This document shows, one piece after another, positions 40,561-49,849 of a stretch of DNA of 64,000 bases. Under the pieces are notes generated by a model that was not told where the DNA came from, made no database searches, and saw nothing but the letters and a program-made list of their open reading frames with translations. The position numbers and the translations under genes were made by a program. The stretch comes from Polyangiales bacterium (GTDB lineage: Bacteria > Myxococcota_A > Polyangia > Polyangiales > Polyangiaceae). Positions within the stretch are counted from its first letter, which is position 1, and each line of letters begins with the position of its first letter. Where the stretch lies: NCBI GenBank assembly GCA_038230375.1, contig JBBRNJ010000042.1, positions 1 to 64,000 on the forward strand, read 5' to 3'.

Positions 40561-40959
40561 ATGAGCAACGACCCGAGTCCCGAGCCCGCACCCATGGTCC
40601 ACGTGAAGACCGACAAGGTGCCGCTCCGCTATCAGTTCTACGCGCTCGGCGGCATCCTGGGATTCACGGCCGTGATCGGCGCGAGCGTGTACGGCATTCG
40701 CGCGGCTGGTACATCGAGCTACATAGAGCCCGCGTGCGAGAAGTCGTGCGCGGCAGTCCAGAGCCACTTCGCGGACGTCGAGTTCCACATGGGCAAGCAG
40801 GACCACGACTCGTTGTGTATCTGCACGAACAACGCACGCCTCCCGAGCCCCGAGGCAAACACGATAGGCACGCTGTCCGCGCTCACGCCCATCGCCCTTG
40901 GCCTTCTGATGGCGGTCGTCCTGATCGCAGTCGTAGCGAAGCGCTCACGGCGCGCGTAG
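40561..40959 (+). CDS. Hypothetical membrane protein
   Basis: Two TM helices flanking a 4-Cys loop. Confidence 0.7.
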   Translation: MSNDPSPEPAPMVHVKTDKVPLRYQFYALGGILGFTAVIGASVYGIRAAGTSSYIEPACEKSCAAVQSHFADVEFHMGKQDHDSLCICTNNARLPSPEANTIGTLSALTPIALGLLMAVVLIAVVAKRSRRA

Positions 40960-40971
40960 TCGGAGATCGTT

Positions 40972-42153
40972 TCAGGACCTGCGATGTCCCGGGATTTCAC
41001 GGATGACGGCGGAGACCAGCCGTTCCCCGTCGGCCTCGAGCGGGCTCAAGCTGATCTCGACCGGGAACTCGGTGGCGTCCTTGCGCCGCGCGTACAGACC
41101 TCCGGCGCTCGTGCCCATGGCGCGGACCTTGGGGTCGCCGAAGTAGCCGCCGCGGTGCCCGGAGTGGCGGTCACGGGCTCTCTCGGGGACCACGATCTCG
41201 ACGTTCTGCCCGAGAAGCTCGCTGCGCGCATACCCGAACATTCGTTCGGTCTGTGAGTTGACGAGCACGATCTCCCCGCTGCCATTGACGATGATCAATG
41301 CGTCGGGCAGTGATTCGATCAAGATGCGGAACTTGTTCTCGGCACGACTGCGCTCGGTGACGTCGCGCGCTGCGACGAAGACGCCCTGAAGCATCTTGTT
41401 CCGATCGTAGAAGGTGGTGGCGTTGCAGGACACCTCTGTGGTCTTCCCGTGTCGCGCGCGCGCGACGAGGTCGTAGTTGACGACTCTCTTGTTGCTGAGA
41501 GCCAGCTGTATGCCCGCTTCGGCCCGCGCCGGGTCGGTAAAGTGGTTCTTGAATGGGGCGCCGATCAGCTCGTCGCGCGTGCAGGCGCTGAGAGTCGCCA
41601 TCTGCTTGTTGACGTCGATGATGATGCCGCGTGGATCGGTGGTCATCAGCGCGTCGACGTTGGATTCGATCAGCGAGCGCGTGTAGAACTGCTCGTCTCG
41701 CAATCTCAGATCGAGCTTCAGCCGGTCGGCCTCGAGCTGCTTCTGCACGGTGTTGTCGTTGCTGATCAGCAAGAAGCCGATGATGGCGTCCCGCCCGTCG
41801 CGCAGCGCCGTGACCGACACCACCGCCGGGAACCGACTCCCGTCCTTGCGGACCTTGGTCAGCTCGTAGACGTCCTCGATACCGCGCGACGCCCTGAACA
41901 CGACGGCGTCGAACCCGGGCGCGATCGGAGTGCCGAACTCGAGGCTCAACGCGTTGGCGCGCGCGATCAACTCCGGGCCATCGTGCAGGTCGGCCGGCGT
42001 GAGCTTGTTCAGCACTTCGGCGGCTGCGTATCCGAGCATCCGCTCGGCGCCGACATTGAAGATCTGGATGACGCCCTTCGGATCGGTTGCGATGCACGAG
42101 AAGTGCACGCTTCTGAAGATGGCGTCCTGCAGGCTCCTCGGGTCGGTCGGCAT
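40972..42153 (-). CDS. Triple PAS-domain protein with no output domain (possibly truncated)
   Basis: Three PAS/PAC repeats (FNVGAERMLGY, RKDGSRFP; ARDVTER; NSQTERMFGY, FPVEISLSP); stops right after the third. Confidence 0.8.
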   Translation of the reverse strand: MPTDPRSLQDAIFRSVHFSCIATDPKGVIQIFNVGAERMLGYAAAEVLNKLTPADLHDGPELIARANALSLEFGTPIAPGFDAVVFRASRGIEDVYELTKVRKDGSRFPAVVSVTALRDGRDAIIGFLLISNDNTVQKQLEADRLKLDLRLRDEQFYTRSLIESNVDALMTTDPRGIIIDVNKQMATLSACTRDELIGAPFKNHFTDPARAEAGIQLALSNKRVVNYDLVARARHGKTTEVSCNATTFYDRNKMLQGVFVAARDVTERSRAENKFRILIESLPDALIIVNGSGEIVLVNSQTERMFGYARSELLGQNVEIVVPERARDRHSGHRGGYFGDPKVRAMGTSAGGLYARRKDATEFPVEISLSPLEADGERLVSAVIREIPGHRRS

Positions 42154-42334
42154 GGAAGACTGAATGTAGGTTGTCGCGACCCCCGGTGCCGGAATTCGCC
42201 TCCTGGAGAACGAGCGAGCGCGAACCGACAACCTCATCACTCAACCCTGCAATCTGCCTTCTCGCACACATTCGTTTGCGTGCGAAACACGGCGTCTGTT
42301 CCTCGTTTGCAGCCAAAAATCCCGCGCTTGTGCG

Positions 42335-42350
42335 CGGCACGGTGGGTGCT
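42335..42350 (+). promoter_or_regulatory. Putative sigma-54 promoter
   Basis: CGGCACGGTGGGTGCT fits GG-N10-GC, just upstream of the ATG at 42364. Confidence 0.4.
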
Positions 42351-42363
42351 TCAAGGGCTCGCC

Positions 42364-42813
42364 ATGAACAAGATTCACTTGGCATTGGCGGTGTCGGCGG
42401 CCCTGGCGGTGGCGTGTACGAGCGGGGCAGAGGACTGGTCGTCGGGCACCAGCTCATGGGGCGGCGGAGACTACGACGCTGGCGGCTACGATCCCGGCGA
42501 CTGGGGCGGCTGGACGGAGGCAGGCGCCCACGATCCCAATGGCGACACCAACCCTTGCTGGTGGGAGAGCCCCGGCGCGTGTCCTGCCGACCCCGACGGT
42601 GGCGTTGCAAGACCCGATGCCGCGGCGGTGGATGCGGGCGCTCCCGTCGACGACGCGGGGACCGTGGACGATGACGCGAGCATCATCGACGACGATGCGG
42701 GCGACGTCGATGACGACGCAGGCACCATCGACGACGACGCGGGCACCATCGACGTGGACGCGGGTCAGATCTGCCGTCGAGGCAGGCGGCGCCGCGACGG
42801 GGGCTGCCGGTAG
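42364..42813 (+). CDS. Small lipoprotein with Asp-rich repeats
   Basis: Lipobox AVAC; tandem (I/V)DDDAG(T/D) repeats. Confidence 0.75.
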   Translation: MNKIHLALAVSAALAVACTSGAEDWSSGTSSWGGGDYDAGGYDPGDWGGWTEAGAHDPNGDTNPCWWESPGACPADPDGGVARPDAAAVDAGAPVDDAGTVDDDASIIDDDAGDVDDDAGTIDDDAGTIDVDAGQICRRGRRRRDGGCR

Positions 42814-42858
42814 CGATCTGCTCGCGCCCCTTGCGGTTTTTCCTGGTCGCGGTAACTA

Positions 42859-43662
42859 ATGGACCCCATGTCGGCGTCGCTCCTCCAGAATCACGTGCGG
42901 CCCCTGCGCGCGGGGCTGCATCGAGCGTCGCTCATCCTGGTACCGCTCCTCGTCGTGCTGCTCGTGCTGCTCGCGGCGTCTCGTGATGCATTCGCGCGGG
43001 GCGCGCAGATCGGTGAGCCGCAGCGCCTCGAGATCGAAGGCCAGGCCGACGCGTTCTTCTATCGCCCACGCGGCGGCGGCGCGCGCCCCGTGATCATGTA
43101 CCTCCACGGTCGCGGCGGAAACGCGGCGGAGGATTGCCGCAAGTGGGCCAAGGTCGCCACGGAGTTCGGCTGGGTCGTCTGCCCGCAAGGGCCCGAGGAT
43201 CGCGGCTCGGGCGGGCGCGGCTGGGCGAACGGCGCGCCGCAAGGCAAGACCGTGATCGACGCGGCGCTCAATGCATTGCATGCAAAGTACAAGCATCGCG
43301 TCCGCACGCGCAACAACATCCTGATGGGCTTCTCCGAGGGCGCCTTCATCGCCCAGCAGGTCGGCCTGATGGACTCGAAGACGTGGGGGCGCTGGCTCAT
43401 CCTGGCCGCGAGCGATCAGTACTGGATGGGCGACACCAGCGCCACGCTGAAGGCCTCCCACAAGAACCTCCACCGCGTGTTCCTGCTCCCGGGCGAGAAC
43501 GACGGCGTGAAGGACAACACCCTCGTGGTGCACGGCCTGCTCAAGGACAACAAGATCCCGGTGAAGATGAAGATCGTCCCCGGCATGGGCCACGAGGTCC
43601 CCGCGGACCGCATGGTCTCACTCTACAGACGTCCACTCGCGTGGCTCGCGGCCGCGCGTTGA
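42859..43662 (+). CDS. Alpha/beta hydrolase (esterase-like), secreted
   Basis: YLHGRGG, GFSEG, D and GMGH motifs. Confidence 0.85.
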   Translation: MDPMSASLLQNHVRPLRAGLHRASLILVPLLVVLLVLLAASRDAFARGAQIGEPQRLEIEGQADAFFYRPRGGGARPVIMYLHGRGGNAAEDCRKWAKVATEFGWVVCPQGPEDRGSGGRGWANGAPQGKTVIDAALNALHAKYKHRVRTRNNILMGFSEGAFIAQQVGLMDSKTWGRWLILAASDQYWMGDTSATLKASHKNLHRVFLLPGENDGVKDNTLVVHGLLKDNKIPVKMKIVPGMGHEVPADRMVSLYRRPLAWLAAAR

Positions 43663-43687
43663 CGACGTAGAGCGCCGAGGTCAGCGG

Positions 43688-44425
43688 ATGTTCGCGCCCA
43701 CACAGACGCCTCGCGCGGAGCTCGCCTCCACGCTGCGCGCGCGTGGATTCGCCGTGCTCGGTGCCGCGGACGTGGCTGCGATCGCGGGCGTCGCTGCGGG
43801 CGAGCTCGCGGCGCTGACTCCGTTCTGGAGCGACCTGCCCGAGGACACGCATCTTCGCGACGGTGGCCGCTACCGGAGGCGTCGCCACGGCAGCTTCGTG
43901 GTGGATCCCGGCGCGGACGTCGTGCGCCCAGTCCCGCATCGCGCGCACTATCAGCCAGTGGAGTACAACGCGCTTCACGGCGGCATCGAGCGATGGTTCG
44001 CCCCGCTGGAACTCGCGATGGTGGAGTCGCCCGCGTGGCCCAGGCTGCTGCTCGCGCTCGGGCACGTCGCGCAGGGGCTCCGCGGCACGCACCTCTTCTA
44101 TGGAGAGGCACATCCGTTTCGCATCCAGACCGAGGGAGGCATCGGCCGACCCACACCCGAGGGCGCACACCGCGATGGCGTCGATCTGGTGTGCGTCATT
44201 CTCGTGGCACGTAGTGAGATCAAGGGCGGCGAGACGCGCGTGTTCGAGGCGGACGGTCCATCGGGAACGCGCTTCACGTTGACCGAGCCATGGAGCGCAT
44301 TGCTGCTCGACGACGCGCGTGTGATCCACGAGACCACACCCATCCAGGCCACCGAGGCCTCCAGGCTGGGCTTTCGCGACACCCTCGTGATCACGCTTCG
44401 CGCCGGGAATTTCCAGGGAAAATAG
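43688..44425 (+). CDS. 2OG-Fe(II) dioxygenase family protein
   Basis: PEGAHRDGVD, IHETTPI and RDTLV motifs. Confidence 0.88.
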   Translation: MFAPTQTPRAELASTLRARGFAVLGAADVAAIAGVAAGELAALTPFWSDLPEDTHLRDGGRYRRRRHGSFVVDPGADVVRPVPHRAHYQPVEYNALHGGIERWFAPLELAMVESPAWPRLLLALGHVAQGLRGTHLFYGEAHPFRIQTEGGIGRPTPEGAHRDGVDLVCVILVARSEIKGGETRVFEADGPSGTRFTLTEPWSALLLDDARVIHETTPIQATEASRLGFRDTLVITLRAGNFQGK

Positions 44426-44468
44426 CCGCTCGCTTATCGCCCGGGGGTGACGGGCCGTATTCGATATC

Positions 44469-45515
44469 ATGGCGCGGATGCGAACCTCTCCCATCGCTGG
44501 GTCGATTGACCGTTCGAGGCTTCCTCGGTCGGGGTCGCTCGAACTCGTGCGGACCTTCGCTACGGAGTTTGCGCCTGCCAGGGTGCGACCGGTGGAGGTG
44601 CTGCGAAGTCCATCGCTCGACCGCCGTGCGGACCCCACTGGAAGAACGCATGTCTGGCTCGCGCTCGAGTACCTGCAAGTGACGGGGAGCTTCAAGGTGC
44701 GCGGGGCGCTGTTCGCGATGGCGCGCGCAAAGCAGGCGGGCGTGCGTGAGGTCATTGCCGCGAGCGCCGGCAATCATGGTGCAGGCGTGTCCTACGCGGC
44801 CAACGTGCTGGGCATGCGCGCGACGGTCGTGGTGCCGAGCACCGCGCCCATGGTGAAGCGCGACAAGATCGTCGCGTATGGCGCAGAGCTCATTGTCTCC
44901 GCGGCCGAGCACTACGACGGCGCGGAGGCAGAGGCGAAGGCACTCGCCGCGCGCACTGGCGCGAAGTTCCTGTCCGCATACGACGACGAGGACGTGGTCC
45001 TGGGTAACGGCGCATCGCTCGGCTTCGAGATCGTGCGCTCCATGGGCGGCGTTCCGGATCGCGTGCTCACGCCGTTCGGTGGCGGAGGTCTTGCCACTGG
45101 CATCTCGTGGGCGCTCGAGGACGAGTCGGACGCATCGGACGGTGATCGCCGCGTATGGGGCGTGCAGTCCGAGGCATCGCCGGCGATGGAGATGTCGCTC
45201 GCGCAGGACGCGGCGCTGGAGGTGCTCGTGCCTTCGCCCACGCTCGCAGAGGGACTGGAGGGCGGCATCGCGAAGGATGCGTTCGAGCGCGCGCGCGGTG
45301 TGGTCGCCGGAATTGTCGTGGTCTCGGAGGCGCAGATCGCGCTCGGTATGCGCTATGCGCAGAGCGAGATGGGCGCGACGATCGAGGGCAGCGCGGCTGT
45401 CGCACTGGCACCCGTGATCGCCGGTCTGCCCGACGCGATGCGCGGAGGTGATGTGGTCGTTGTGCTCACCGGTCAGAACGTCGATCTCGATCGCTTCGAA
45501 AAAATGGCCGTCTGA
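44469..45515 (+). CDS. PLP-dependent threonine/serine dehydratase-like enzyme
   Basis: TGSFKVRGA, SAGNHG, GGGGL and TGQN motifs. Confidence 0.9.
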   Translation: MARMRTSPIAGSIDRSRLPRSGSLELVRTFATEFAPARVRPVEVLRSPSLDRRADPTGRTHVWLALEYLQVTGSFKVRGALFAMARAKQAGVREVIAASAGNHGAGVSYAANVLGMRATVVVPSTAPMVKRDKIVAYGAELIVSAAEHYDGAEAEAKALAARTGAKFLSAYDDEDVVLGNGASLGFEIVRSMGGVPDRVLTPFGGGGLATGISWALEDESDASDGDRRVWGVQSEASPAMEMSLAQDAALEVLVPSPTLAEGLEGGIAKDAFERARGVVAGIVVVSEAQIALGMRYAQSEMGATIEGSAAVALAPVIAGLPDAMRGGDVVVVLTGQNVDLDRFEKMAV

Positions 45516-45532
45516 GCTGCTACTCTTCACGG

Positions 45533-46642
45533 ATGCGACGAGCGTTCGTGTTCGGGGTGAGCATCGCGTCCCTCGTGATCCTCGCGCAAGGCTGCGGCGG
45601 CAACGATAGCAACGGCGGCGGCGGCGGCGGCAACGGTGATGACGGTGGTGGTGGTGGTAACGCCGATGGCGGCGGTGGCGTGGGACCTGTCGGCGAGGGC
45701 GGCGTAGCTCCAGGAACCGACGGCGGCGGGACGAACCCGAACGTGGACGCGGGGCCAGGCCCCACCCTCAGTGGCTGTCCCATCTTCCCGGCGAACGATC
45801 CGTGGAACACGGACGTCTCGGCTGCGGGCGTGGACGCCACGTGGACCACGAACCTCTTCATGTACTCCACGCTGAAGAAGACCCACCCGGACTTCGGCTC
45901 CGCGTTCGGCATTCCCTACAACCTGGTCGCGCAGGGCCAGGCCAAGCTGCCGATGACGTTCCAGGTGCCAACCGAAAGCGATCCGGGTCCGTATCCCTTC
46001 CCTGGCGCCACGACCAAGATCGAAGGCGGCACGCCCACTGCGTGCGCTGGTGACTGTCACGTGCTCACGCTGGAGCAGGGAACCTGCCTTCTCTACGAGG
46101 CTGGCAATTGCATGTATAATACAGGCACCAACGCGTGGGCCTGCTACTCGGGCGCGAAGTTCGACCTGAAGAAGCTGCAGCCTGGCCAGCGCCCCGCGAC
46201 CTGGACCAGCGCGGACGCGGCGGGCCTCCCGATCTTCCCGGGCCTCGTGCGTTACGACGAGGTGGCCGCGGGAGAGGTGAAGCACGCCATCCGCTTCACG
46301 ATGCACTGCACGCAAGACGGCTACGTGACGCCGGCCTCGCACCAGGCAGTCCCCGCCCAGTGCCCGAAGGGCATCACGCAGGCAAACCTGCGGGCGCAGT
46401 ATCCACCCATGGGCCTGCGGATGCGCCTGCAAGCAAACTACGATCTCACCAAGATGTCAGAGCAGGCGAAGATCGTGGCAACTGCCATGAAGAAGTACGG
46501 CCTGATCCTGGCGGACAACGGCTCCGACTACTACTTCCAGGGCGATCCAAATCCAGGCTGGGACGACAACCAGCTGAACGATCTGAAGAACATCCCGGGC
46601 GACGCGTTCGAGGTGATCACGCTCCCCCCGATCAGTCACTGA
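45533..46642 (+). CDS. Hypothetical lipoprotein
   Basis: Lipobox AQGC, Gly-rich linker, globular domain (WTSADAAGLPI, HAIRFT, YGLILADNGS). Confidence 0.85.
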   Translation: MRRAFVFGVSIASLVILAQGCGGNDSNGGGGGGNGDDGGGGGNADGGGGVGPVGEGGVAPGTDGGGTNPNVDAGPGPTLSGCPIFPANDPWNTDVSAAGVDATWTTNLFMYSTLKKTHPDFGSAFGIPYNLVAQGQAKLPMTFQVPTESDPGPYPFPGATTKIEGGTPTACAGDCHVLTLEQGTCLLYEAGNCMYNTGTNAWACYSGAKFDLKKLQPGQRPATWTSADAAGLPIFPGLVRYDEVAAGEVKHAIRFTMHCTQDGYVTPASHQAVPAQCPKGITQANLRAQYPPMGLRMRLQANYDLTKMSEQAKIVATAMKKYGLILADNGSDYYFQGDPNPGWDDNQLNDLKNIPGDAFEVITLPPISH

Positions 46643-46645
46643 CGC

Positions 46646-47686
46646 TCAGTTCACCGGAGCCGGAAAGCGCAACACGCGCCCACGCGCCGGCTCCCCCTTG
46701 GCCTCGACGGTGATCACCATCTCCGCGCCAATCCGCCCGACCCACATCCCAGCGGGCACGGGCGGCGTGAGCACGACCCCGCGCGTAGCGGAGCGATCGA
46801 ACAGCATGACCGCGTCCACATCCCCCGTGTCCACGTCCTCCCCGTCGACGTACACGCGCTCGCCCATCACCACGCCGGAGTAGCTGGATGCGAAATCATC
46901 CGCGAGGTCCACGGACGACAGCTGCTGCAATCCCGGCCACGCGTGCGTGCGAAGCTCGTCCGCCTCGGCGATGTGCACGCGCGCCCCATCCGCCGAAAAT
47001 CCCACGAGCCCAGCAGACACGCTCCCCTCATCCATCGCAGTCGTGATCGCGACGGGCGGGCCGTCCGTGAACCCGGCGACGCGCGCGAACGTTCCATCCT
47101 GGCCGCACGCGGCGAGGAGCAGCACGGCGTCGTCGTGGGGATGAGTGTGGAGCTCGTGCGCGGCGGGGGGAGGGAAGGGCGCGCTCTTCACGGCGCCGAT
47201 GAACGCGTGGCTCTCCGCGTCGATCAGGATGATCGCCGTCTCCTTGCCGCTCTCCGCAGAGATCCACAGCTTCTTTCCCGAGCGATCGAACGTGATCGCG
47301 TGCGCGATGAACTCCTCGCCCCAGAGGTCTGCGATCGCGGTGCGGCTGGTCTCGCCAAGAGCGCCCAGCGTCACGACGACGCTCTGGCCCTTCACCGTGC
47401 CGGTGATCGCGGCGAGCTCGCCGCTGGTGGAGATGGCGATCCCGTGGAGGCCCTTCTCGGCGCCAAGGTGTCCGGTAGGGGCCGGCTTCGCGGTCGGAAG
47501 CGCGAGGTCCTTCGGCAGCGAAAACGATCTCCCATCGCGCAGGACGTCGCCATCGAGCACGCGGCTCTCGAGGGTGCCCTTGATGGATGCGAACGCGAAG
47601 CGCGTGCGGGCCGGGTCCACGCAGATCCAGGGCCACGCCAGGTGCTTGTGAGCGACGTCGAACGCGCCGATCTCGTTCCACTGCAT
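46646..47686 (-). CDS. Hypothetical beta-rich (propeller-like) protein
   Basis: Coding-like ORF with repeated beta-strand patterns. Confidence 0.75.
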   Translation of the reverse strand: MQWNEIGAFDVAHKHLAWPWICVDPARTRFAFASIKGTLESRVLDGDVLRDGRSFSLPKDLALPTAKPAPTGHLGAEKGLHGIAISTSGELAAITGTVKGQSVVVTLGALGETSRTAIADLWGEEFIAHAITFDRSGKKLWISAESGKETAIILIDAESHAFIGAVKSAPFPPPAAHELHTHPHDDAVLLLAACGQDGTFARVAGFTDGPPVAITTAMDEGSVSAGLVGFSADGARVHIAEADELRTHAWPGLQQLSSVDLADDFASSYSGVVMGERVYVDGEDVDTGDVDAVMLFDRSATRGVVLTPPVPAGMWVGRIGAEMVITVEAKGEPARGRVLRFPAPVN

Positions 47687-47732
47687 GGCCCCCCTTCTAG
47701 TCCGCGGCGCAAGCGGTTGCTACGCTGAACGG

Positions 47733-48227
47733 GTGCAGTGCCGCTTCACCCTCCATGCCTCGCTCATGCTCGTCGTCGCGTGCGGAGGCCAGAGGTCCGC
47801 GCCCGCCGAGCCAGTGGTGGCCGTCACGATCCCAGCCCCGCCCGATGCAGGCGTGAAGGCGCCGGAGCCCGTGGCGATCGCGAGCGCGGCGCCCACTGCT
47901 CCCACGCCGCCACCAGATGATCATGACGAGCCGCGACATGACCGACCTCAGCGCGGCGGCGGAGGCGGTCCGTTCGATCGTGGCGCGGTGGCGCAGGCGA
48001 TCTCGGAGATCGATCCCTCCGTGTGCGCGACACCCGGCGGCCCGCGTGGGCGCGGTCACGTCACGATCACCTTCCATCCGAGCGGCAACGTCCAGTCGGT
48101 CCACGTTGACCAACCATTCCTCAACACGAACAGCGGAGCGTGCGTCGCGTCGCTCTACGCAAGCATGACGATCCCCTGGTTTTCAGGCGGGCCGGTGACA
48201 GTCGGCAAATCGTTCGTGGTGCCGTAG
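47733..48227 (+). CDS. Hypothetical lipoprotein with a small C-terminal TonB-C-like domain
   Basis: Lipobox VVAC, Pro-rich linker, C...GHVTITFHPSG...C domain. Start uncertain. Confidence 0.7.
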   Translation: MQCRFTLHASLMLVVACGGQRSAPAEPVVAVTIPAPPDAGVKAPEPVAIASAAPTAPTPPPDDHDEPRHDRPQRGGGGGPFDRGAVAQAISEIDPSVCATPGGPRGRGHVTITFHPSGNVQSVHVDQPFLNTNSGACVASLYASMTIPWFSGGPVTVGKSFVVP

Positions 48228-48233
48228 GAGGGC

Positions 48234-48899
48234 GTGGTATCAACGGCCCCCATGACAGATGACCCGAAGGTCGACAGCGCGCGGAGACCACCGCTCGTTC
48301 TCGGCATCGCGGGGGGATCAGGTTCGGGCAAGAGCACCATTGCCCGATCGATATTGGCCGCGCTCCCCAAGGGCAGCGGCGTGCTCCTGGAGCAAGACCA
48401 CTACTACCGTTCGCAGTCGCACCTCCCCGTGGAGGAGCGCGAGCGGACCAACTACGACCATCCGGATGCCCTGGAGCTCGATCTCCTGTGCACGCACCTG
48501 GACGAGCTGCGCGCCGGTCGCGAGATCATCCGACCCACCTACGATTTTCAGACCCACGATCGCAGCAAGGTGGGCCTGCCGATCGCCCCCGCGAACGTCA
48601 TCGTCGTGGAAGGGATACTGGTCCTCGCAGAGCCGCGCCTTCGCTCTCGGTTCGAGGTGAAGTTGTTCGTCGACACGGACTCCGACATCCGACTGATGCG
48701 GCGCATCCGTCGCGATCTGGAGCACCGCGGCCGCACGTTCATGCAGGTGCGGAAGCAATACTACGAGAGCGTGCGCCCCATGCACGTTGCCTTCGTGGAG
48801 CCGTCGAAGCGCTCCGCGGACATCATCATTCCTGAGGGGGGACAGAACCAGGTCGCCCTCGATTTCCTCCTCAGCTTCGTGCTCTCTCGCGCGTCGTAG
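48234..48899 (+). CDS. udk: Uridine kinase
   Basis: GIAGGSGSGKST, DHYY, NYDHPDA, RRIRRD and EPSKRSADIIIP motifs. Confidence 0.95.
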   Translation: MVSTAPMTDDPKVDSARRPPLVLGIAGGSGSGKSTIARSILAALPKGSGVLLEQDHYYRSQSHLPVEERERTNYDHPDALELDLLCTHLDELRAGREIIRPTYDFQTHDRSKVGLPIAPANVIVVEGILVLAEPRLRSRFEVKLFVDTDSDIRLMRRIRRDLEHRGRTFMQVRKQYYESVRPMHVAFVEPSKRSADIIIPEGGQNQVALDFLLSFVLSRAS

Positions 48900-48911
48900 T
48901 CAGTCCGCGTC

Positions 48912-49709
48912 TCATGCCGCCCGGCGCTCCGGAGGTCCCTGCTTCTTCGCAAGATAGTAGAGCCACGGTTCGCGTGAGCGGCGCGCGGTCTCCGCGTCCA
49001 GCTCGTCGCCTCCCGTGAGCGCGAACACGCGCACGTCTCCGAAGCCCGCGTCGTGGAGCTGCTGGAGCTGAGCGTCCGCGCGAATGTGGTACGAGACCAG
49101 CCGGTAGCCGAACGCGCCATCACGCAGCGTGGCGTGCGGCCGCGCGAACCACGTCGCGTATTCCGGGTTGTTTGCGCGAATGCGTGCGGCGGAGAGCAGG
49201 TCCAGTACCTTGCCCAGCCCGCGCCTATTTCCCTCGAGCAGGTCGGGCGCGCGTCCCAGGTTGTGACTCGAGAAGCAGAGCCACGCGCCGTCCCGCGACA
49301 CGCGATGGATCTCCGCCAGCACGCGCAGTCGGTCCTCGTGATTCACGCAGTCGAGGCCGTTGTGCGAGAAGAGCACCAGATCGAACTGCCCGTCCGCGAA
49401 GTCCACGAGGTCGCGAGCGTCACCTTGCGCAATCGCATAGGGCTCATGCGCGAAGCGACGGCGGCACGCGGTCACCATCTCCGGCACGTAGTCCACACCA
49501 ACGTACCGCTTCACGCGCGGCCCGAAGTACCGCGTGGTCCGCCCACCGCCCACGCCCAGGTCGAGCATTGTCGCCGTGCCGAGCTCCGGCGCGAGCAGCT
49601 GCGCGATCGTGGCCTCGGGTGGTTGAAGAGTGTCTGCATGCACGTAGAAGTCCACGGTGCGCGGGTCCGCGAACGTGCGCTGGTTCGACTGATCGAGCGA
49701 AAGGAACAT
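48912..49709 (-). CDS. Class I SAM-dependent methyltransferase
   Basis: MLDLGVGGGRT, GVDY, GDARDL and FDLV motifs. Confidence 0.9.
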   Translation of the reverse strand: MFLSLDQSNQRTFADPRTVDFYVHADTLQPPEATIAQLLAPELGTATMLDLGVGGGRTTRYFGPRVKRYVGVDYVPEMVTACRRRFAHEPYAIAQGDARDLVDFADGQFDLVLFSHNGLDCVNHEDRLRVLAEIHRVSRDGAWLCFSSHNLGRAPDLLEGNRRGLGKVLDLLSAARIRANNPEYATWFARPHATLRDGAFGYRLVSYHIRADAQLQQLHDAGFGDVRVFALTGGDELDAETARRSREPWLYYLAKKQGPPERRAA

Positions 49710-49849
49710 GGCACTGTGGTGAGCCGGAGAGCGCGCCCGGGCAAATGACCAAACCTGACGTGTGCACGTGCGTTCGCCGCGAAATGAAAGCTCCTGACGC
49801 ATCGCCCGCAGGAGCGGCACCACGGGCGCACCACGCCTAGGTTTCACGC

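Noticed and set aside
43688..45515. 2OG-Fe dioxygenase plus PLP enzyme as a biosynthetic cluster
   Set aside because: No scaffold-forming enzyme or precursor is nearby, and both families are common as stand-alone genes.
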